Source: Halocafeteria seosinensis
Lineage: Eukaryota
Assembly (NCBI GenBank): GCA_001687465.1
Contig: LVLI01000005.1
Span: 186,001-250,000, forward strand
Length of the DNA stretch: 64,000 bases
Direction: 5' to 3'
Position numbers and translations under genes: made by a program. Position 1 is the stretch's first letter. Every line of letters begins with the position of its first letter. A model generated the notes under the pieces. It did no database searches. It saw only the letters and a program-made list of their open reading frames with translations, and was not told the DNA's origin. Of this stretch, positions 60,719 to 64,000 are shown one piece after another.

Positions 60719-61202
60719 ATTATGCTTATAGTATAGTATATGGTCCCCCTTTCCCCACTGGACGCGTATATTGTATGTGTCAGAGACGGCACAAAATTCC
60801 CTTTGATGCTTTTCTCTCGTTCCCGGTCACTATTACAATCCCATGACTGATATTCGACAATCAGGAATAATGCAAAAATAAAAAATAAAAGTGTCGATCA
60901 ACCTGTATGATGGCTATGTGGTCTTGTAGAGCCCATTGAATGCCTCCCCTTTTTTCCGCATGTTCTTTCATGGCCATTGCTAGTGTCATATTCCCCCCGT
61001 ATTGACTATCGCATAGCATAGAGTGGTGCCCATTTCTCATGAGATACGTCCATACCTTGATAGATGGATGTATGCGCAGGTAGAGGGGAGAAGACGGCAT
61101 CAAATTGGCTCCAAGTTGAAGGTAAGAAGCGGTGTCCATTATACAGTGTATACACCCCGTTTTCACTCCCATTTACATATGCAGATAGGCGATACAAGAA
61201 TC

Positions 61203-61520
61203 ATGGAGAAGCTCATGAAGACGGCTCTCTTGCTGGCGCTCCTGACACTGGTGCAGAGCGCAGCAGCGGACGACAACACCTGTCCGGGGGGCTTCCCCAA
61301 GGGGGGCGTAGCGCTGGTAGTGGTGATATTCACGTTATACGCCGCTGTGCTGGCCACGGCAATTTATGATTGGATCGACCAGCCTCAGGATAAAGAGAAG
61401 GCCGGGTTCTACGAAGATGAGGAAAGCGAACAGGACGGGTACTTCTCGGAGAGACTCTCTCTCAATGAACCGCGGGGTGCGTCTGACCGGAAAACATCAT
61501 TCGAAGTGGACAGAAATTAG
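61203..61520 (+). CDS. Small type I membrane protein
   Basis: Signal peptide (MKTALLLALLTLVQSAAA), short ectodomain, one TM segment and an acidic tail. Confidence 0.6.
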   Translation: MEKLMKTALLLALLTLVQSAAADDNTCPGGFPKGGVALVVVIFTLYAAVLATAIYDWIDQPQDKEKAGFYEDEESEQDGYFSERLSLNEPRGASDRKTSFEVDRN

Positions 61521-61601
61521 GATTGTGGAAATGTAGTGTTTTTATCCTTGTGAGAGTAAGGCTACGTTTTAATCGTATCTACTGGAGAGTACTAGCGACG
61601 A

Positions 61602-64000
61602 TTAAACAAGGAGGAATCCATCCAGTCCGTAACTTATAGCGGTCAGCAATCGTTTCCGCGCAATCTCTTCAGATGAATAGGATGGGAGTTCGATTTGGAA
61701 GAAGCATGTATGACCAACCGGCAACTGCTTGTCGCCGCCTTGGCGCTTTGTTATTCGAAATGATCTTTCCCAGTCGCCTCCTCTTGGTAGCCGACTTCGT
61801 CCCCACACGAAACGAAGGAACTTAGAGCGCTGGTCGTCATTAAAACTCTCCAAAGCATTCCAAAACACCTTGCACGCTTTGTCATTCTGTATCAAGAAGA
61901 GGCGCAATTATGAAGTCACACCTTATGATTTTACTGACACAATAAAACACGTACTTTCGAATGCCCTTGATATATTGCGTTAGCCTTCAACGCTTCAATA
62001 TCGATATGTGGATCCCCGCACACTAGCGACTCCAGTTCCTCCCATCGACACAAGCTTATAGCTCGTCGCGGAACTACATCAGCTATTCCTTCCAATAAGC
62101 TCGCAATCTGCATATGGCGCCGTCGAAGAGATAATCCATTGAAAAGTTCGCCGATGCATACTTGTCTGACTACTTACCTGGTTATCTAGCTCACTTTTAC
62201 GATATTCCAGAGCAAGTTTCAAATACGTAGATAGCTCATCAATTTGCACTTGTTTTTGGGACCCACCACTAATCAAGGAAACTTCGGAAGAGTCCATAGA
62301 CCACACCATAAATCTGAATTCGGCAAAAAATGTAAAACAAGCATTGATTCAGGAAGGAAGTACAGAGGAACATACTTCTGTCCCGCTAGCCAGGACGTTG
62401 CCAGATCAGCGGAGCTAATACTCTCCTCTAGATGCTGCTTGTACAGTCTTTCGAGTTCCATATATTGCTTTCCAAACGTAGCATCAATGCTAGCAATATC
62501 GCTCAGCTGCAAGCAAATAACTAAAGCATGAGATTATAATAGCCAGTAGACAAGCAAATTTCAACCTTACTTCGATGTCTTGCCCGACGATTTTTTTCCA
62601 TACGTACGACGGGAACATCACAGGCAAGTACTGGCGTTGACGACATGCTACTCCCATTAACCGTCCTAAAAATCTGAAGATCTTAGCACAAAGCGGGGTA
62701 TCCTGGCGAGGGTTCGGCACAAATTTATCCGCATTGTTCCCATTGTCGCTCGTTGCATTGGGAACCCTTATACACAAATCTAGCTGATCACTGAAGACAT
62801 CATCAATCATCCGCATCATAGCATCTCTATAAAGACCACCCCAGTCAACTCCGTCTTCGTCTTCGAATTTAACTACAAAGAGACGCCCCCTTGAGTCCAC
62901 GTGACCCCGAAAGTTCTTAGCTGACTGTTCGCCAAGTTGCCAAAAGGCTTGCATGAATATACATTGGCTCAGCGAAGGATCTGTAATCCCAGTATCTCTA
63001 GCCTGGAACGCAATGTTGTTGTTTAGTATACAGCGCATAGGCCGAGCCCCAACCTCCCAAGTTGCATCTATCACTGCCTCTACTAACGTCTGCTTCGTCT
63101 CAGAAAATATGCAGTAACTCAATCTTCTCAAGTGGCTACCGAGTGCATAATTGTAGCCCGCTCTCGAGAGGTCTATCAACTCTAGGCACTTCATCAGTCG
63201 GCGGTTCAACAGTTGAATCATACCAAACATACATTGCAACTGTATCTCCGTATACTTTTCTAAGGAGACATACTCAGCGAGATCAATTTCCTCCTTCCTA
63301 ATTCTGTTAGGAGGTATCGAATGGTTCGCATTCCCACAACACTTACACAATGATGCACAGTATTTGCAGAGATCAATCGTAGCCTCACGCGTCCAGTTAA
63401 GCAGCGACAATACAACTTCTTCACACTTTTTCTCAGATAATTTACTCGCAGCATTACGAACACTTGAAGTTCCTTGAGATACGAAGCTCCAGCTATCCCT
63501 GTGAGTAAGTGCTAATGATATTGCACATACAAGATGGTCCGGAAGGCGGGCATTCTTAAGGAAAGCTTCACAAATTTGGATAACATCTTTCATAGACTCC
63601 ACAACCCCAATGTCATTCTCTGATTTTATCCCATTTTGATCTCTATTGACGGGATCCCTAAGCTTCGACTTCCTCCACAAGTTTCCGTGGACCACATCCC
63701 TATCGAAATCGAAAGATCGGAAGCTAATGCCCAATGTCAGCTGCTCCGTTGCATTATGTGCCGTAGCACACATTTCCGCTACAGCCTGAATATGAGAAGA
63801 CATGAACAAGTTACCAGAATTCCGCTGCGTGCTCCAATAGGACTCAACTTTACTGCCGATACCCTCCAAGGAGGAGACTTCCAATGGGCTATCCTTCTGC
63901 ATTAACTGAGGTGACCTAAATGCCCTTATCAGGATATAGACAGCTTGTGTCTTAAATGGGGCACACGGATGCTGAATGTACCGCAGTAGAGCATTCAAAA
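61602..64000 (-). CDS. HECT E3 ubiquitin ligase, 3' part (gene continues beyond the window)
   Basis: GVDWGGLYRD, FRFLGRLMG, ELESLVCG, FLRFVWGRSRLP and the catalytic HTCFFQIELP. Confidence 0.92.

Overview
Gene-dense nuclear DNA from a eukaryote, with short, mostly GT-AG introns and the standard genetic code. The organism is probably a flagellated protist (CFAP58, BBIP1 and FAM228-like genes); the taxon cannot be fixed from sequence alone. About 27 protein-coding genes were reconstructed by splicing ORF fragments by eye, including RNASEH2B, WDR1/AIP1, epsinR, PI4KA, CFAP58, IGHMBP2, PKR1, cofilin, a patatin lipase, translin, HINT, PDF, MIC60, a TBC Rab-GAP and a HECT ligase. Main findings: (1) a class II photolyase-like protein fused to a TFIIS N-terminal domain, with CPD-pocket and electron-transfer aromatic residues substituted; (2) an AT-AC minor-spliceosome (U12) intron in WDR1; (3) up to three tandem box C/D snoRNAs in one MIC60 intron, one matching the 18S Am159 site; (4) an accessory island at about 26.9-33.3 kb with a methyltransferase pseudogene, a Crinkler/RHS-like NTPase plus nuclease gene, a 25% GC foreign fragment and a decayed hAT transposon; (5) an intronless gene resembling a giant-virus/bacterial family. 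All family calls rest on motif recognition, not database searches.
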